A stretch of 5,446 nt of DNA from an archaeon (GTDB taxonomy: Archaea > Iainarchaeota > Iainarchaeia > Iainarchaeales > CSSED10-239): positions 1 through 5,446 of the forward strand of contig DAOOON010000006.1 of the NCBI GenBank assembly GCA_035387745.1, in the 5' to 3' direction. This document shows positions 5,015 to 5,446 of this stretch, in pieces (position 1 is the stretch's first letter; every line of letters starts with the position of its first letter). The translations under genes and the position numbers were made by a program. The notes beneath the pieces are model-generated. The model saw only the letters and a program-made list of their open reading frames with translations, did no database searches and was not told the origin of the DNA.

Positions 5015-5061
5015 AAAAAAAGTCAAAGACTTTTTAGGATCCTAAAAAATCAGAGATTTTT
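5015..5061 (+). promoter_or_regulatory. Composite dyad region: hairpin A, an 18-bp perfect palindrome, and hairpin C, mutually overlapping; probably a tRNA-Val terminator and insulator merged with the tRNA-Leu promoter
   Basis: A: aaaaagtc (5017-5024) / gacttttt (5028-5035). B: tttttaggatcctaaaaa (5031-5048), a perfect palindrome. C: aaaaatc (5045-5051) / gattttt (5055-5061). The T5 runs at 5031-5035 and 5057-5061 resemble archaeal terminator signals. Confidence 0.35.
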
Positions 5062-5063
5062 AA
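5056..5063 (+). promoter_or_regulatory. TATA-like box (atttttaa) about 20-27 nt upstream of the tRNA-Leu 5' end
   Basis: The position relative to 5083 fits archaeal TATA-to-TSS spacing. A purine-rich stretch (aaaaaatcagag) lies immediately upstream where a BRE would sit. Confidence 0.3.
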
Positions 5064-5082
5064 TGAGACCGAAACCAGTTCC

Positions 5083-5164
5083 GCAGGAGTACCCGAGTGG
5101 TCAAAGGGGCACGGCTAAGAACCGTGTGCTTAGTGCTTCGCAGGTTCGAATCCTGTCTCCTGCA
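5083..5164 (+). tRNA. Type II (long variable arm) tRNA-Leu; anticodon reads AAG by hand fold (A at position 34)
   Basis: Acceptor GCAGGAG/CTCCTGC plus A73; D arm CCC-GAGTGGTCAAA-GGG; anticodon stem CACGG/CCGTG with loop CTAAGAA (5115-5121, anticodon 5117-5119); 13-nt variable arm TGCTTAGTGCTTC; T stem GCAGG/CCTGT with canonical TTCGAAT loop. No encoded CCA. Confidence 0.8.
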
Positions 5165-5446
5165 TTAATTTCTATTTTTTTTGTAAAGCAAATAAGAATA
5201 AATAAACGTAACAAATAGTAATAAAATAATTTCTGTAAAAAATATTATGGTAAAATATTTGATATAAAGCAAAGCAAATAATGTTGTAATTCCAATAATT
5301 ATAAACAACCAACCGCCAAGCTTATGTGTTTTTATCCAAACATCATCATCAACTATTGTCCAAGGCGTTCTTATACCAAAGAAAAGGTTTCTTTTTTTTA
5401 GTTTCATTAATATTATTCCAAGAGTAATTAACAGTGCAGAGGTTGC
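5165..5446 (-). CDS. SdpI/YhfL-family-like membrane protein, 5'-truncated by the window edge
   Basis: NLFFGIRTPWTIVDDDVWIKTHKLGGWLFIIIG matches the remembered SdpI-domain motif (GIRTPWT...W..TH), followed by two hydrophobic helices. Hand translation shows the frame stays open upstream of the Met at 5407 to position 5446 (ATSALLITLGIIL-MKLKK...), which looks like another TM helix. The real start therefore probably lies outside the window. Confidence 0.6.
   Translation of the reverse strand, partial: ATSALLITLGIILMKLKKRNLFFGIRTPWTIVDDDVWIKTHKLGGWLFIIIGITTLFALLYIKYFTIIFFTEIILLLFVTFIYSYLLYKKNRN

Noticed and set aside
5060-5082. Possible C/D-box sRNA (aatgaga resembling a C box) upstream of tRNA-Leu
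   Set aside because: The motif deviates from RUGAUGA. No CUGA D box or C'/D' pair sits at appropriate spacing, and there is no terminal stem.
4937-5082. Split or permuted tRNA half, or tRNA intron, in the spacer (known in some nano-sized archaea)
   Set aside because: Both flanking tRNAs fold as complete, uninterrupted cloverleaves. The spacer shows no acceptor or T-arm-like segments or bulge-helix-bulge motif that I can identify.
4864-5164. tRNA pair as an integration site (att) for a mobile element
   Set aside because: By eye, no direct repeat of either tRNA 3' half occurs elsewhere in the window. No integrase or transposase ORF is present. This cannot be excluded beyond the right edge.
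4967-5218. 83-aa plus-strand ORF
   Set aside because: It starts at a TTG, runs straight through the well-folded tRNA-Leu gene (5083-5164) and into the antisense of the SdpI-like gene. The open frame results from the GC-rich RNA sequence, not from coding.
1-5446. Alternative genetic code (stop-codon reassignment)
   Set aside because: TAA, TGA (ORF 32-337) and TAG (hjc) all terminate well-supported ORFs at sensible lengths. Conserved proteins translate cleanly with the standard code.

Overview
AT-rich window (about 30-35% GC in genes and about 16% in ordinary intergenic DNA, by hand count). It is almost certainly archaeal, because it encodes a Holliday-junction resolvase Hjc and an archaeal-type TOPRIM primase DnaG. 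Composition, small genes and Shine-Dalgarno-like sites fit a small-genome, DPANN-like archaeon, but that assignment is inference only. All three stop codons are used, so the code is standard. Left to right: (1) two small genes overlapping by 4 bp, a winged-helix-like protein followed by a RelE/ParE-like protein, with a perfect 22-bp palindrome abutting the first start codon; this is a candidate type II toxin-antitoxin module. (2) An orphan 236-aa protein with hydrophobic helices at both ends. (3) A possible unannotated 47-codon ORF or terminator hairpin. (4) hjc on the minus strand, visibly more GC-rich than its neighbours. (5) A DUF167/YggU-like small protein. (6) dnaG carrying a roughly 220-aa low-complexity insertion (Q/N-rich, RD/RG 9-residue repeats, K/E-rich) between the TOPRIM core and the C-terminal region. 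(7) A small two-TM protein. (8) tRNA-Val(UAC) and a type II tRNA-Leu whose anticodon reads AAG by hand folding (A34, unusual for Archaea), separated by a 146-nt spacer with a 50% GC structured core and a chain of overlapping hairpins. (9) A 5'-truncated SdpI-like membrane protein gene abutting the tRNA-Leu 3' end. I see no CRISPR array, transposase, integrase or recognisable defence operon. Most of the window is housekeeping. The points most worth following up are the TA-like pair, the DnaG insertion, the odd tRNAs and the structured inter-tRNA spacer. All calls come from reading the sequence and from remembered family motifs; no searches were run.
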